This document shows positions 18,764 to 28,835 of a stretch of DNA of 64,000 nucleotides, piece by piece. Position numbers and translations under genes: made by a program. The notes under the pieces are model-generated. The model was not told the origin of the DNA. It was given only the letters and a program-made list of their open reading frames with translations, and ran no database searches. Source of the DNA: Candidatus Hadarchaeota archaeon. Its GTDB lineage: Archaea > CAYQAE01 > CAYVLA01. The DNA lies in assembly GCA_964452145.1 (NCBI GenBank), contig CAYVLA010000004.1, positions 39,980 through 103,979 of the forward strand, in the 5' to 3' direction. The first letter of the stretch is position 1. Each line of letters begins with the position of its first letter.

Positions 18764-20773
18764 GTGAATCCTGAGGAATACCCGGACTTCAGCCAGAAAC
18801 AGGCTAGGCCGGTGACACGAAGTGATCTCGGTGACCGTTTCCAGGCCCCCGCCCTCCGGTTCTTCAGATACGACCATCCCCCCGAGGAAGCTCATCACAA
18901 GTTCCGCTTGGTAGAGATCGGGGAGGATCTCGACCTTTACTCCAAGATCCACTCCCTGGGCCAAGTCATCTGGCCCATGTGGCCCTTCCTCTTCGCGGAG
19001 AACTGGAAGGAGGCGATCGACGAGATCGCCGCAAGGGGCCTGTATCTTTTCGACATCTGGGGATACGTTCCGTCCAACGCCACGGAGCACTACGCGTGGT
19101 CGGAGTATCGAGTCTCAGACCAGATGCACAGCTACATCCTCAGCAGGCTCGGCCACCGCTTTCTGGGTTACGACAACGGTGAACAGGATGGTCGCTATGT
19201 TGGCCTCTATGCCAAGCTGGTCTGTCCCTCTCCCTCAAAGCGCCAGGAGGCCTTCGAGGCCTTCAACCAGTACTTCCGGCAGCTGGGCAATGATCTACAG
19301 AACTACCTTGTTGCGCTCAATAGCCTGACCTTCTCACACTACTTCGCCAAGATGGGGAACCACCGCCTCTTGGGGGCCGAAACCGCCCAGGGTCTGCCCA
19401 GCGTGCCGCCGTGGTATGCCATCATTCGGGGGGCGGGCAAGCAGTACGGGATACTCTGGTACGGCAACTCCAGCGTCTTCAACCGCTGGGGTTACAAGTC
19501 GATGGACGATCCACAGGAGGATGACAGGCGGGAAGGAGGATACCTGCGCGGACCGACCGCGGGGACGAGCATGAGCCTTCTCCGGCGGCTCTGGTATGTG
19601 CTTGTCATGTACGGAAGCGTCATGATGAGCTTCGAGATGGGTCACCTGGGAAGCAGGAAGGTGGAGATCGTCCTAGACGGGGTGCGAAGGCAGGTGCCGG
19701 CCCTTACCGAGATCGGACACGAGCAGCTCAGAGGAATGAAGTGGTGCGCCGACCATCCTGACCGGGGAGAGCTGCATACCCCCGTTGCACTGATGTGGGA
19801 CTTCTACGCGGGTTGGGTTCCTCCGCGCCATCTCTACACCTCCGATACCTACATGGTCTGGGGAAACATGCCCTACGACAAGGGCGACCATCAGATCGAC
19901 CTCATCTTGCGGGAGCTCTACCCAGGCTACGAGGATTCAAGCTTCTACCGCAACGAACGCGGCTTCCTCACTCCCACGCCATGCGGTGACATATTCGATG
20001 TCTTGCTGTCGGATGCCCGAGCCGAGATCATCGACAGATACGAATGCGTACTGGTCCTCGGAGATACTGTGATCCAGGGCGATCTGCTCCAGAGGCTTTC
20101 GGATTACCTAGGCCACGGGGGCCGGATCATTGCATGCGCAAACCAGCTCGGGAGAGATGCGGGTGATCTCTTCGGGGTGGAGGTGGGGGAATCCGATGAG
20201 GCGTATCATGCGGTTGTCCAAGGCCATGAGTGGCCCATAAACGAGCCCACCTTCCGCTTCCACCGCATCATCTGTCAGCCGGGATCGGAGGTGCTTGCCT
20301 GGACCCGGCAGGGATACCCCCTGGCTGCTATGCGTCGAGACGAGGGGGGCGGCTCAACGCTGCTTTTCGCCTCGGACTACATGCTGAGCAACTCGACGCT
20401 GTCGATGGACAAGATACACAATCTGGTTGACCAGCCACTGCCATCGCCTCACTCGCTTCTCGAGCACGCGAAGGCCCTGTTGCTTCCCCATCTCCGATCC
20501 TACAACTTGGTTGTCGTCGAGGGTCCTCCGATCCAGTACATGGTCAACGTCACGGCCAGGACCGACCGCCTCCTGGTGACGCTCTGCAACAACTCCCCCG
20601 AGCCATGGTGCGGCACGATCCGGCCCAGAGGAGCGACGATCCGGAGGGCCACGAACCTCATGGGTGATGAAGAGATACAGGCTGATCGCCACATTAGATT
20701 CGAGATCCCGGCCCTGGATGTCAGGGTAATCGAGATACTCCTTTCCGAACCCGCGTTCGAGGTGAGAGGGTGA
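18764..20773 (+). CDS. Putative glycoside hydrolase (TIM barrel plus beta-galactosidase-trimerisation-like domain)
   Basis: About 670 aa; YDNGEQDG and LGAET candidate catalytic Glu motifs; TPVAL linker; sugar context. Confidence 0.6.
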   Translation: MNPEEYPDFSQKQARPVTRSDLGDRFQAPALRFFRYDHPPEEAHHKFRLVEIGEDLDLYSKIHSLGQVIWPMWPFLFAENWKEAIDEIAARGLYLFDIWGYVPSNATEHYAWSEYRVSDQMHSYILSRLGHRFLGYDNGEQDGRYVGLYAKLVCPSPSKRQEAFEAFNQYFRQLGNDLQNYLVALNSLTFSHYFAKMGNHRLLGAETAQGLPSVPPWYAIIRGAGKQYGILWYGNSSVFNRWGYKSMDDPQEDDRREGGYLRGPTAGTSMSLLRRLWYVLVMYGSVMMSFEMGHLGSRKVEIVLDGVRRQVPALTEIGHEQLRGMKWCADHPDRGELHTPVALMWDFYAGWVPPRHLYTSDTYMVWGNMPYDKGDHQIDLILRELYPGYEDSSFYRNERGFLTPTPCGDIFDVLLSDARAEIIDRYECVLVLGDTVIQGDLLQRLSDYLGHGGRIIACANQLGRDAGDLFGVEVGESDEAYHAVVQGHEWPINEPTFRFHRIICQPGSEVLAWTRQGYPLAAMRRDEGGGSTLLFASDYMLSNSTLSMDKIHNLVDQPLPSPHSLLEHAKALLLPHLRSYNLVVVEGPPIQYMVNVTARTDRLLVTLCNNSPEPWCGTIRPRGATIRRATNLMGDEEIQADRHIRFEIPALDVRVIEILLSEPAFEVRG

Positions 20774-21558
20774 CTCTCCGATACCCGGTAATCAACCCGG
20801 CGTACCTGACCGGATCCTTGCATGATTGGCGCCTTGATGAGCTCGCGTCCCTTGGCTATGAGGGTCTGGAGATTACGCCGGCCTGCATCGAAACCTCTGC
20901 GCTCTGGCAACCCAAAGCTGAGGCGGTCGGCTTAGCCCCGGTTTGCGTGAACTCCTTGCCCGAGCTGAGACCCTACCTGACGGGCAGCCTCTCGGATGAG
21001 GTCGCCTGGCGCAGGCGCGCCACGCTGGACAAGCTGTTGAGGGTGCTGGACTGGATGGTCGACAATGGCGTCGGCTTCATGGTCGTGGCGCCGAGCCGTC
21101 GTGCCGAGAACTACCAGACCGAAGCTGAGGCCCGGGTGCTCCTTATCGAAAGCCTCAAGGAGCTGGCCGGGTCGGGCCGATCAACGATCCTTCTCGAAGC
21201 TGCCCCCTTCCGCATGTTCTGCTCGGCCCAGTCTATCAGCGGGATAGTGGATGAGGTGGGGCTGCCGAATCTCGGCGCGGCCCTGGACGTTGGCCATGCC
21301 GTCCTGAGCGAGCAGTCTCCGCTGGAATCGGCGAGAACCCTTGGGTCAAGGCTGAGATACGTCCAGATCAGCGATCAGGATCTTCAACCGGGCGTTCCGC
21401 GTCTCGATCGACACCTGCCTCTGGGCAAGGGATCCCTGAACCGCCGAGAGGTCCAAGAGGCGATCAGGGGTGTCCCCTGGGGGATCACCGTATCCGCACG
21501 TCACGACCCGGTTAGTGCCGCAAGATCGGCTCTGGAATGGCTGCGGGAAGAGGCCTAG
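20770..21558 (+). CDS. Sugar phosphate isomerase/epimerase (AP endonuclease 2 TIM barrel)
   Basis: GYEGLE, ILLE, LDVGH, VQISD, RHLPLGKG. Confidence 0.88.
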   Translation: MTLRYPVINPAYLTGSLHDWRLDELASLGYEGLEITPACIETSALWQPKAEAVGLAPVCVNSLPELRPYLTGSLSDEVAWRRRATLDKLLRVLDWMVDNGVGFMVVAPSRRAENYQTEAEARVLLIESLKELAGSGRSTILLEAAPFRMFCSAQSISGIVDEVGLPNLGAALDVGHAVLSEQSPLESARTLGSRLRYVQISDQDLQPGVPRLDRHLPLGKGSLNRREVQEAIRGVPWGITVSARHDPVSAARSALEWLREEA

Positions 21559-21854
21559 ACGCGATCGAAGACGTGAAGCCCGATCCAAGAACGTGAGTCG
21601 AATCCCAGGCAAAAGCTTCAGCATCCGACGAGGTAATTCCATGCGGTTTTCGGTCGCTGCTGGGTGAAGGGTTTCTCCGGCAAAGATGTGCTTGCTTCTG
21701 CTCACAGTCACCGAAGAATGCATTCGGGATACCCACCGCATCCCTGTCTGGTTTCCCGACGTGCGCCGGTGCATACTGCACCGATCGAGCCAACAGCCCT
21801 TGGCAGATGCGCCCGATGGTGGCTCGAGTTCAGGCGAGGCGGAACGTTGCGGTC

Positions 21855-22823
21855 TCACGGAAGCTGTTCACGGTATCTCACGGCGACCTTCCTGATCATC
21901 ACCCAGCAACCCAGGAGAAGGAGCATTCCGGACAAGATCTGGGCGGCCGTCAGCACCTCGTTCATTATGAGGTAGGCGAAGACGACGGTGAGAAGGGGCT
22001 TGAAGGTCATGATGTTTGCCGGAAGAGTGGTGCCGAGGTGTCTGATCGCCGCGTAGTTCGTGACGTTGCCCAGGCCAACGCAGATGATCCCTGATCCCAC
22101 AAGGAGCAGATTCGTTCCCCACCCCACCGAGGTGACCCTGGTTATGTCACCGAAGAGCAGCACGATGGGCAGGAAGATCGCCGAGGCAAGGAGATGTACG
22201 ACGGGCATGGCGGCCAGGGCCTCGAAGTCGTTTACTATCTGTTTGACGTTGACGATGTAGGCTGCCCAGAAGAAGGCCGATACTACCGTCACTAGGACGC
22301 CGAGGTTGAACTCGAGATTCACCTCGGACGCGCCGAGAACCAGCCCGAACACCCCCGCAGCGATGAGCACGTTGGCCAAGACGAAGTATCCGGATCTCAT
22401 CACCCTTCTCTCGCTCTCAAAAAGGGCATATGAGAACAGGACGATGAAGGCTATGCTCATTCTGTTGACCAGGCTCGCCAGGCTTGCGTTCGTCATGTAC
22501 ACGCCCGCCACGCTTGTCACTTGAAACAGGGAGACCAGAATCGCGGGGAGGACCAGCAGTCTGATCCTGTCTGCAGCCTTGCCCAGGTCATCCCTCATCA
22601 GCAGGATGGCCAGGGCCCCCAGAAATGCAGCGGAGGCAAGATACCTGTAGAAGCTCTGAGTGAAGATGTCGAAGTCGCGGGCAAGCATCTTGATGAATAT
22701 GGTGGGCCATGCCCATATGAAGGCCGTCGCCATCGTTGCAGCCAGCCCAAGCCTTCTTCCTTGGGTGGCGATCTCCTCTTGCACACGGTCACCAAGTTTG
22801 GCCCAGACACAGGGCCTTTTCAC
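21855..22823 (-). CDS. DMT/EamA family transporter (start uncertain)
   Basis: About 10 hydrophobic segments in two EamA-like repeats. Confidence 0.88.
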   Translation of the reverse strand: MKRPCVWAKLGDRVQEEIATQGRRLGLAATMATAFIWAWPTIFIKMLARDFDIFTQSFYRYLASAAFLGALAILLMRDDLGKAADRIRLLVLPAILVSLFQVTSVAGVYMTNASLASLVNRMSIAFIVLFSYALFESERRVMRSGYFVLANVLIAAGVFGLVLGASEVNLEFNLGVLVTVVSAFFWAAYIVNVKQIVNDFEALAAMPVVHLLASAIFLPIVLLFGDITRVTSVGWGTNLLLVGSGIICVGLGNVTNYAAIRHLGTTLPANIMTFKPLLTVVFAYLIMNEVLTAAQILSGMLLLLGCWVMIRKVAVRYREQLP

Positions 22824-23489
22824 TGGCTGAACGCGCGGTGTTCATTTATTGTTCCTTGAGCAGAACACCGCTTCTCGTAGCGCCTTCTGTCCAAGTAACC
22901 AGCATTATGCGGTGCCCGATCCTTCTTCTTAGGGCTGCCCTCGCGTATGTGGGCCCAGTCTTCGAGCAATTCAGGCTAAGGCGAGACTGGTTCATCGAGA
23001 CCAAGTGGACACGGTTCTCCAAGCAACCAAGCCGGCTCGGTCATCGTCCTTAGCTTAAGCCTGAAAGCTTGCAGGGCTCGACAGAGACTCGTCCAGAATA
23101 TCCTGATCAAGGTCGCTTAGCTTTCCGCAGTTGCTCCCCACCACACCGCCGAAGCCCCACGTGTCTCCCCATCTCCAGTTAGACCAGACCCGTGGTCGTC
23201 TTCGAGGGATGAGGCGATGTCTCGGATGGGCTCGGCTGACTACGATTTCACCCGGGCCGCCTGCCGGAAGATGCATGGAGAGGGTATACGTCTTGCTGTT
23301 TCATACGAAGAGTCCAGATAGGTGCTGTCCAAGGTATGGACAGAGTCAAGCTATCTGGTCAAGCCTCAATAATTGGCTAGCTTCGCGAGCACCAAGCCGC
23401 CCTGTCCCGTAACGGCCCGCCGCTTGTGGGATGCCGATACGCCAGCCGAGTGTTGTAAGTCGAGGCGGGAACAGGCCGACCTGAGGAGG

Positions 23490-24455
23490 TCAGGACCTCC
23501 GGGTCCCACGCACGGTCAGCATGCCCCCTGCCAAGATCGAAAGCCACAGGAACGGCTCGGGCACCTGGTCCTCGCCTTCAGCCGGACTGATCAGATCCCC
23601 CCTGAAGGCCCACACCTCCTTCACGCCCTCTGCTTTCTCAAGGTCATAGGGCGAGATCCCGGACACCTTGACCCAGTAGGAGTAATCCTCATTCACATAC
23701 ACGCTTGCCTCGGCAATGAGGGTCGCGTTGAACATCTCCTTCAACTTTGCCCACTCTTCGGGGGTGGGCTCGTGATCGAAGACGACCACATAGCCGTACA
23801 ACCAGGGCATCTCCTCCTCGCCCGGCCTCTCTGGCTCCTCGCCGGGCTCGGCCGGGGAGATCAGCTTTTCTGCCATCGCCCTAGCCTCCAATGCCACGTT
23901 CAAGGCCTCATCGTAATTTCCATCGTCGAGCAGGATCTGGGCCCGGTCAAGCAGAACCAGAACTTCTGACAGGTTGGCCTCCAGCCCCTGCTTTCTAATC
24001 ATCTCCCTGGTCTCGTTGATTGTGTAGGATATCTTGTAGCGGTACGACTCCTCCTCGCTCGGGGAAATGAGGATCGGCTCGTCCGGGTCGCTTGCGTTCC
24101 CAGGCTCATTGACTCCGGGATCCGGCTCCTCAATCTGGCCGGTGATGTCCTCGGTGGTCGCCTCGATCACTTGCAGGGTAGATGAGTCTATCGTCACATA
24201 GCTGACGAACTGTCCGATGACCTGAAGCATTCCGACATGCCTGGTCCGGTACTTCACTGCGACGATGCAGATCGTGTCTCCCAACCTAGTCGCGGTCACG
24301 ATCTCGCCGAAGCCCCCGTTATCCACGTAGTTCGCGGAAGAACGGACATATTCGAGGGCTATCTTGTTGACTTCCTCGGCCCCCGGCAGACAGAACACCG
24401 CGGGGACCGCCAATCCCAGTACCATGCAGATCCATACTCGGATCAGATGCTTCAT
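23490..24455 (-). CDS. Secreted acidic surface protein with PEP/PEF-CTERM-like sorting signal
   Basis: Signal peptide, Pro/Glu linkers and C-terminal VPEP-hydrophobic-RGTRRS. Confidence 0.78.
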   Translation of the reverse strand: MKHLIRVWICMVLGLAVPAVFCLPGAEEVNKIALEYVRSSANYVDNGGFGEIVTATRLGDTICIVAVKYRTRHVGMLQVIGQFVSYVTIDSSTLQVIEATTEDITGQIEEPDPGVNEPGNASDPDEPILISPSEEESYRYKISYTINETREMIRKQGLEANLSEVLVLLDRAQILLDDGNYDEALNVALEARAMAEKLISPAEPGEEPERPGEEEMPWLYGYVVVFDHEPTPEEWAKLKEMFNATLIAEASVYVNEDYSYWVKVSGISPYDLEKAEGVKEVWAFRGDLISPAEGEDQVPEPFLWLSILAGGMLTVRGTRRS

Positions 24456-24552
24456 CTTGATGCCTCAACGCCATCTGGGTTGAAACGATACTAATAGCTA
24501 GCCTGGAACGATCGGCCTCGCTTTCAGCGTAGCCGTTCAAACTCGTAGAAGG
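24442..24552. repeat. Direct repeat, copy A (~111 bp)
   Basis: Aligns by eye to 29723..29838; shared blocks GATGCCTCAACGCCATCTGGGTTGAAAC, TGGAACGATCGGCCTC and CGTTCAAACTCGTAGAAGG. Confidence 0.9.
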
Positions 24553-24733
24553 TGTTGACCAGCACCTCAAGAGGACCCGTGGAGGTGGGCTCCAGTCTGG
24601 GGGCGTGACTCCTGGAGCTGTTGGGCCAGCGGTATTCAGACTTGCTGCGGATGGGTGCTCCGTGGGTCCCAGCGAGACGACCAGGTATGTGACTGGGGAC
24701 CGAACTACTGGCGCCAGGCGAGGTGAGCACTAA

Positions 24734-26036
24734 GGGATTGTAACGGAATGACTGTCCGGTTTCACCTTGCTCGCTTGGGGCGAATTGTGTAGTTCCAATC
24801 CCCATGGAACCCGTGGCGCTCCGAGTTGATCTTCGCCACCTGCTCGTCCGTGACCTTCACCCCCAAGGGATGGGACCCCCTATCGATCTCGGCACGCACG
24901 CGCAAACCACTCCACGTCGTCATGGCAGCAATCAAGCTCACGATGACGGCCAGGCTCGTAAGCGGTCTTCCACGCCAATTCGTGGCAACATGGCTGAACA
25001 ACCGGTGCTCCACCTTGTTTTACTTGCTCGTCCCCGGCGGGAAATGGAGCACATGGATGGAGATCCCGGTTCGCGTCGCGAACCGGTGCAACTCCCACCT
25101 CCACAGACGGGACCGGGCGCCGTTGCTGCCCCCGGCATCCGCCGTCACCAGCAAGCGCTCCGCGTCCGGGTACGCCTGTCGACCCATCAGGCGCCACCAC
25201 CGCCGGATGCTGTTAACCGCGAAGCTGGCCGTGTCGTGGTCTATGCCGACACTGACCCACCCCTCGTCCCGCTTCAGATCGTAGACCCCGTTAAGGGATG
25301 GCCTTCCCCTGCTCCGGTACTATGAAGTCGTGCACCCGCACCCGCTCCGGCTCGCCCTTGGGCCCCCACTCCCGGCCCGGGTTCTTGTAGGCGCCCACCA
25401 GCTCCTTCTTCTTGGTGTCCACCAAGACGACAGGCTGCCCTTGCTTGAGGAATCGCCCGACCTGCTGGTTGATGTAACGGAACTGTGCATCCCGGTCCGG
25501 GTCCTGCTTGCCCTCCAGGGACTTGCGGTTGGCCTGCAGGCTGTAGCCTTCTACGTGCAGCAGGTCGGCCACGAGGCGGTGGCTCACATCATGCCCCATG
25601 GCGCGCAGTTCTTCCTCGAGTCTTCGTACGCTCTTGCTGGTCCAGCGCAGATATCTGGAGGGGTCGCCACTAGCGGTTGGCTCCACCAAGGCGTCCAGAT
25701 CCGATGCAAGCGTGGGGTCCTTCTCCGTGGTCTTCTTGCGGCCGCCGCCAGGCCGGCGCACCCGGCCCGGTGGGGTGGTGGGCTCGGCTTCCAGTTCCCG
25801 CAGCCCGCGTTGGATGGTCCTGCGCGAGATGCCGGTGGCCTCCTCGACGCGGGCGATCCCGCCGTGGCCCAAGGCCCATGCTTCGGTCGCAGCCCAGATG
25901 CGCCGCGATCGTTCCGTCAACTCGGGTTCCAGGGCGGCGTACTTGGCGCGAATAGCATCCACATCCACGGATCCATGCAACACTCCCCCCTGCACCGATC
26001 CTGCTCATCCTTCGTTCCTATTCCTGATTGGTTCTC
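24734..26036 (-). mobile_element. ISAzo13-family insertion sequence, degenerate (ends approximate)
   Basis: Contains the transposase pseudogene; weak terminal IRs GAGAACCAATCAGGAAT / GGGATTGTAACGGAAT flanked by CTA/TTA. Confidence 0.7.
24762..25968 (-). pseudogene. ISAzo13 (Rhodopirellula-type DDE) transposase pseudogene
   Basis: VDTKKKELVG, VHDF, TADAGGSNG, EHRLFS, HGDWNYTI; 1-nt insertion at ~25292 (CCT TAAC GGG instead of P-Y-G) and TAA at 25020-25022 in K[W]NK. Confidence 0.92.
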
Positions 26037-26053
26037 TAGTCTTCGACTTACTC

Positions 26054-26206
26054 AGACTCCATTTCGCAATAACGGGATGCGCATTAATTCCAGGATGGGG
26101 AACTCCATTCACTGGACTTGTCGAGTTGGTTGGGTGGAACTCCGTGTCGTGCCCTACTGCACGATCCCTGACCGACAGTACTGCCTCTCACACCGAGATG
26201 GAGTCT
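26054..26206. mobile_element. MITE-like element
   Basis: 13-bp terminal IR AGACTCCATTTCG / CGAGATGGAGTCT (12/13) with CTC on both flanks. Confidence 0.5.
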
Positions 26207-26215
26207 CTCTCAAGG

Positions 26216-26743
26216 CTAACCTCTCTTGATCTTTCCGGGAATCAACACTCTTATATCGATGGTAACTTTCGGGGTCCGGAGTGTCTCCTCCCTCGTCCAC
26301 CCTCGAATCGTCACGTTCACACCAATGTACTCCTCAAGGATTCTGAGGCATCGTGACCGGGTATCGTAAGTCTTGACTTCTTCCAACCCCAGGAGTGTCT
26401 TCCTCCTAACCTCCCTGGGCGAGTAAACGTAGAGATCAGTCTGGTTGCGACATCCTCTATCCAACAGGTAGAGACAGTCCGGTGCCGAAGCATGGTAGAT
26501 TGTGCCTGTGGCCCCTGTTGCCTGTCCTTCCAGATACTCCCATGACCCGTCTTCCTTAACAAGCAACTCGGTTCTTGTATTCCTTCTCAAGAGACCGGTG
26601 AACTCGAACTCAGGATGATTTCCGTACCAAGCTTCCCATTTGTAGATGCTCCTCCATTCTCTGGGAGATGCGAGTGTCACAACAACCAGCACAACCGACA
26701 GAGCGGCCATCAGAACAACCGTCGCAAGGCAAGACTTCTTCAT
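26216..26743 (-). CDS. Hypothetical secreted protein
   Basis: Signal peptide MKKSCLATVVLMAALSVVLVVVTLA followed by a soluble domain. Confidence 0.7.
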   Translation of the reverse strand: MKKSCLATVVLMAALSVVLVVVTLASPREWRSIYKWEAWYGNHPEFEFTGLLRRNTRTELLVKEDGSWEYLEGQATGATGTIYHASAPDCLYLLDRGCRNQTDLYVYSPREVRRKTLLGLEEVKTYDTRSRCLRILEEYIGVNVTIRGWTREETLRTPKVTIDIRVLIPGKIKRG

Positions 26744-26973
26744 AGCCCACCTACCTGATGAGTACAAGATGGATCTTCGGCAGCGGATCATCGCGCTTGC
26801 GCTTCCTGACGATAAAAGCTTACCGCGTTTCACGATCTCGTGAAGCATGCTGTGAGTTGGGCGAGGGATCTGTCCGGCATTCACACATCTGTGAATCTCG
26901 ACAGTTATTTGAGGATGGAGTGATGACTTGTTGATGGCGATCGATGGCCGAGTCCGATTGAGGAGGTGACAAG

Positions 26974-27468
26974 ATGGATAGTAGATACGTCGGGGGAACA
27001 GCGATTATCATTCTCTGTACTGTGGGAGTCTCGATGAGTTCCTTGAGCATCGCCTCCAAGGATGTCTCAGAGCCCGAGGAGCCGGTCTGGTTGCAGAACA
27101 TCCACAAGATCCTTCCGGATTGGGATCCGGAGAAAGATACGCCGATTCCTGATTGGGCCAAGCCGGGGTGGGCTGTCAGTCCTCACGGCGGGCCCACAGA
27201 AGTATCGTTGCATGGTCCCTACAGCGACAATGTGGAGTGGCTCAATGCAAGTGACGTCTTCACTCCGAGGTGGGATTGCAGTGGGGCTGTCTACGTCGAT
27301 GCAGTTCAAGGCGTGTTCTACACCCTGGACAATATTACCAGTTGCCCGGACAAGGGCATCGTCGACTTCATACTTGCACACAGAGATAAGGTAGGCCTCG
27401 CAGTCTTTGGGGGCGATGTCCCGGAGGACGATGTTCCTGCCAGTGGCCCTGGTGGCGGAAAGGGGTGA
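26974..27468 (+). CDS. Hypothetical secreted protein (possibly the N-terminal part of a split gene)
   Basis: Strong SD GGAGGTGA and a signal-peptide-like N-terminus. Confidence 0.7.
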   Translation: MDSRYVGGTAIIILCTVGVSMSSLSIASKDVSEPEEPVWLQNIHKILPDWDPEKDTPIPDWAKPGWAVSPHGGPTEVSLHGPYSDNVEWLNASDVFTPRWDCSGAVYVDAVQGVFYTLDNITSCPDKGIVDFILAHRDKVGLAVFGGDVPEDDVPASGPGGGKG

Positions 27469-28034
27469 TCCCCGCAGATGTCGGGGTCAGCCCGACAGGA
27501 ATTGGAAATATCCTGGAGGAGTGGCCAATAAGCGACATGGATACGATGTGGGAGATCGGCCAGACGACTGGCAGCGGCTATGCCAACACCGCCTACGGTT
27601 GGATTGAGGAGCAGGAGATGGACCACAAGGTCTGGGACAAGGATTGCGCTCTGTGCAACTTTACGTACATCGAATGCGGGACCAAGACTTCGGACAAGTA
27701 CACCGCGGGAGGGGGAACCTACTGGTTCTACATCTGCTGCAACGTGTGCCAAGATCTCTACGATCCTGGAGATGGCGTTGCTGTGGGGGGCAACTTGGAT
27801 TTCTATAGGGATGATAGCAACAGGCTTCAAGCGATAGACACCTTGGATGGGGATAGATGGTATCGATGGCAAGGAGTCATTTCAGCCAGCAGCGGTGACA
27901 AGATATTTCCGAGGTTCGATACGAGAAGTCGCGCAGAGAACTATGATCACTACGGTGACCACTTCTGGTCGGATGCGTACTCGGATAGCCATTGCGTATA
28001 CGGGTTCTATGCCAAGTTATATGAGTACAGTTGA
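27465..28034 (+). CDS. Hypothetical Cys/Trp/Tyr/Asp-rich protein (possible continuation of 26974)
   Basis: GTGA overlap; extracellular-like composition but no signal peptide. Confidence 0.65.
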   Translation: MIPADVGVSPTGIGNILEEWPISDMDTMWEIGQTTGSGYANTAYGWIEEQEMDHKVWDKDCALCNFTYIECGTKTSDKYTAGGGTYWFYICCNVCQDLYDPGDGVAVGGNLDFYRDDSNRLQAIDTLDGDRWYRWQGVISASSGDKIFPRFDTRSRAENYDHYGDHFWSDAYSDSHCVYGFYAKLYEYS

Positions 28035-28308
28035 TTCAATCTGGTGAAGGGAAACGCAGGGAATCGCCACAGCAAGCACTTGTGTTGGTTACTGGCAGCG
28101 CTTCGACGCCTCCAGGACTTCAAATGCACAGACTCGTGAACTGGGTCGGGCTTTCACTGATCGGGAACCTTGGTGTGTTGTATTGCCAACCGAGTCAGGA
28201 AATGATCGCGACGAGAGCACTAGGTCAGGAGACTGCAGATCAGGTAATAAGGTCGACCGGGGCGATCTGCCCAGAATCCCGTCTCCTCTGAAGAACAGGA
28301 TTGTTGAG

Positions 28309-28785
28309 ATGCTGAGGTATCAGAGGAAACTCGAGTTCGCCACGACGCTCGAGACCGAGATCCTTGCATGTCTTCTCGAAGGGAGCAAGACTGTTGGGGA
28401 GCTGGTGGAGTTGGTATTCCGGGTCAGGAAGGAGAACTGCTCCTTTCACCAGTACTATATGAGGGTTTCCAGGGTTCTTCGAAAAATGGAACTGGAAGGA
28501 TATGTGTCTAGGAGGCTTTTTGGATCAAACAAGCCGTACACACTCACTCACTTCGCACTCGCTAGACTTGCAAGCGAGGGGGACGGGCCAGCCCCGAAGC
28601 TTGTCGATAGGTGGGACCTGGGAACCTACGGTGCCACGATCGCAGCGGCCGTTGCTACCGTCTGCACAAGTTCCGGGGTGGTCCCCATTTCACGCTCCGA
28701 GTTCATGGTTGTCTACACGGTTCTGGTTTTCCTTTGCGGGGTCTGTTCGTTGAGGTTGGCAGGGATGCTGAAGAGAGTCTGGTAA
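28309..28785 (+). CDS. Winged-helix regulator with two C-terminal TM segments (start uncertain)
   Basis: EILACLLEGSKTVGELVE...VSRVLRKMELEGYV...YTLT, then hydrophobic helices. Confidence 0.75.
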   Translation: MLRYQRKLEFATTLETEILACLLEGSKTVGELVELVFRVRKENCSFHQYYMRVSRVLRKMELEGYVSRRLFGSNKPYTLTHFALARLASEGDGPAPKLVDRWDLGTYGATIAAAVATVCTSSGVVPISRSEFMVVYTVLVFLCGVCSLRLAGMLKRVW

Positions 28786-28835
28786 CTCTTGGTAGGTTAG
28801 GTAAGGCGAGAGAAATGATTGAGAGGTGATCGTGC

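Noticed and set aside
24459..24486. Repeat ending in GGGTTGAAAC that resembles a CRISPR repeat
   Set aside because: Only two copies, 5.3 kb apart; homology continues through the flanks; no spacers or cas genes.
24524..24526. TGA aligned to TGG in the other repeat copy, suggesting recoding
   Set aside because: TGA ends many intact genes in this window; this is best explained as a nonsense mutation in a relic.
24530..24550. GTTCAAAC T-loop-like motif (tRNA or att site)
   Set aside because: No T-stem or cloverleaf can be formed.
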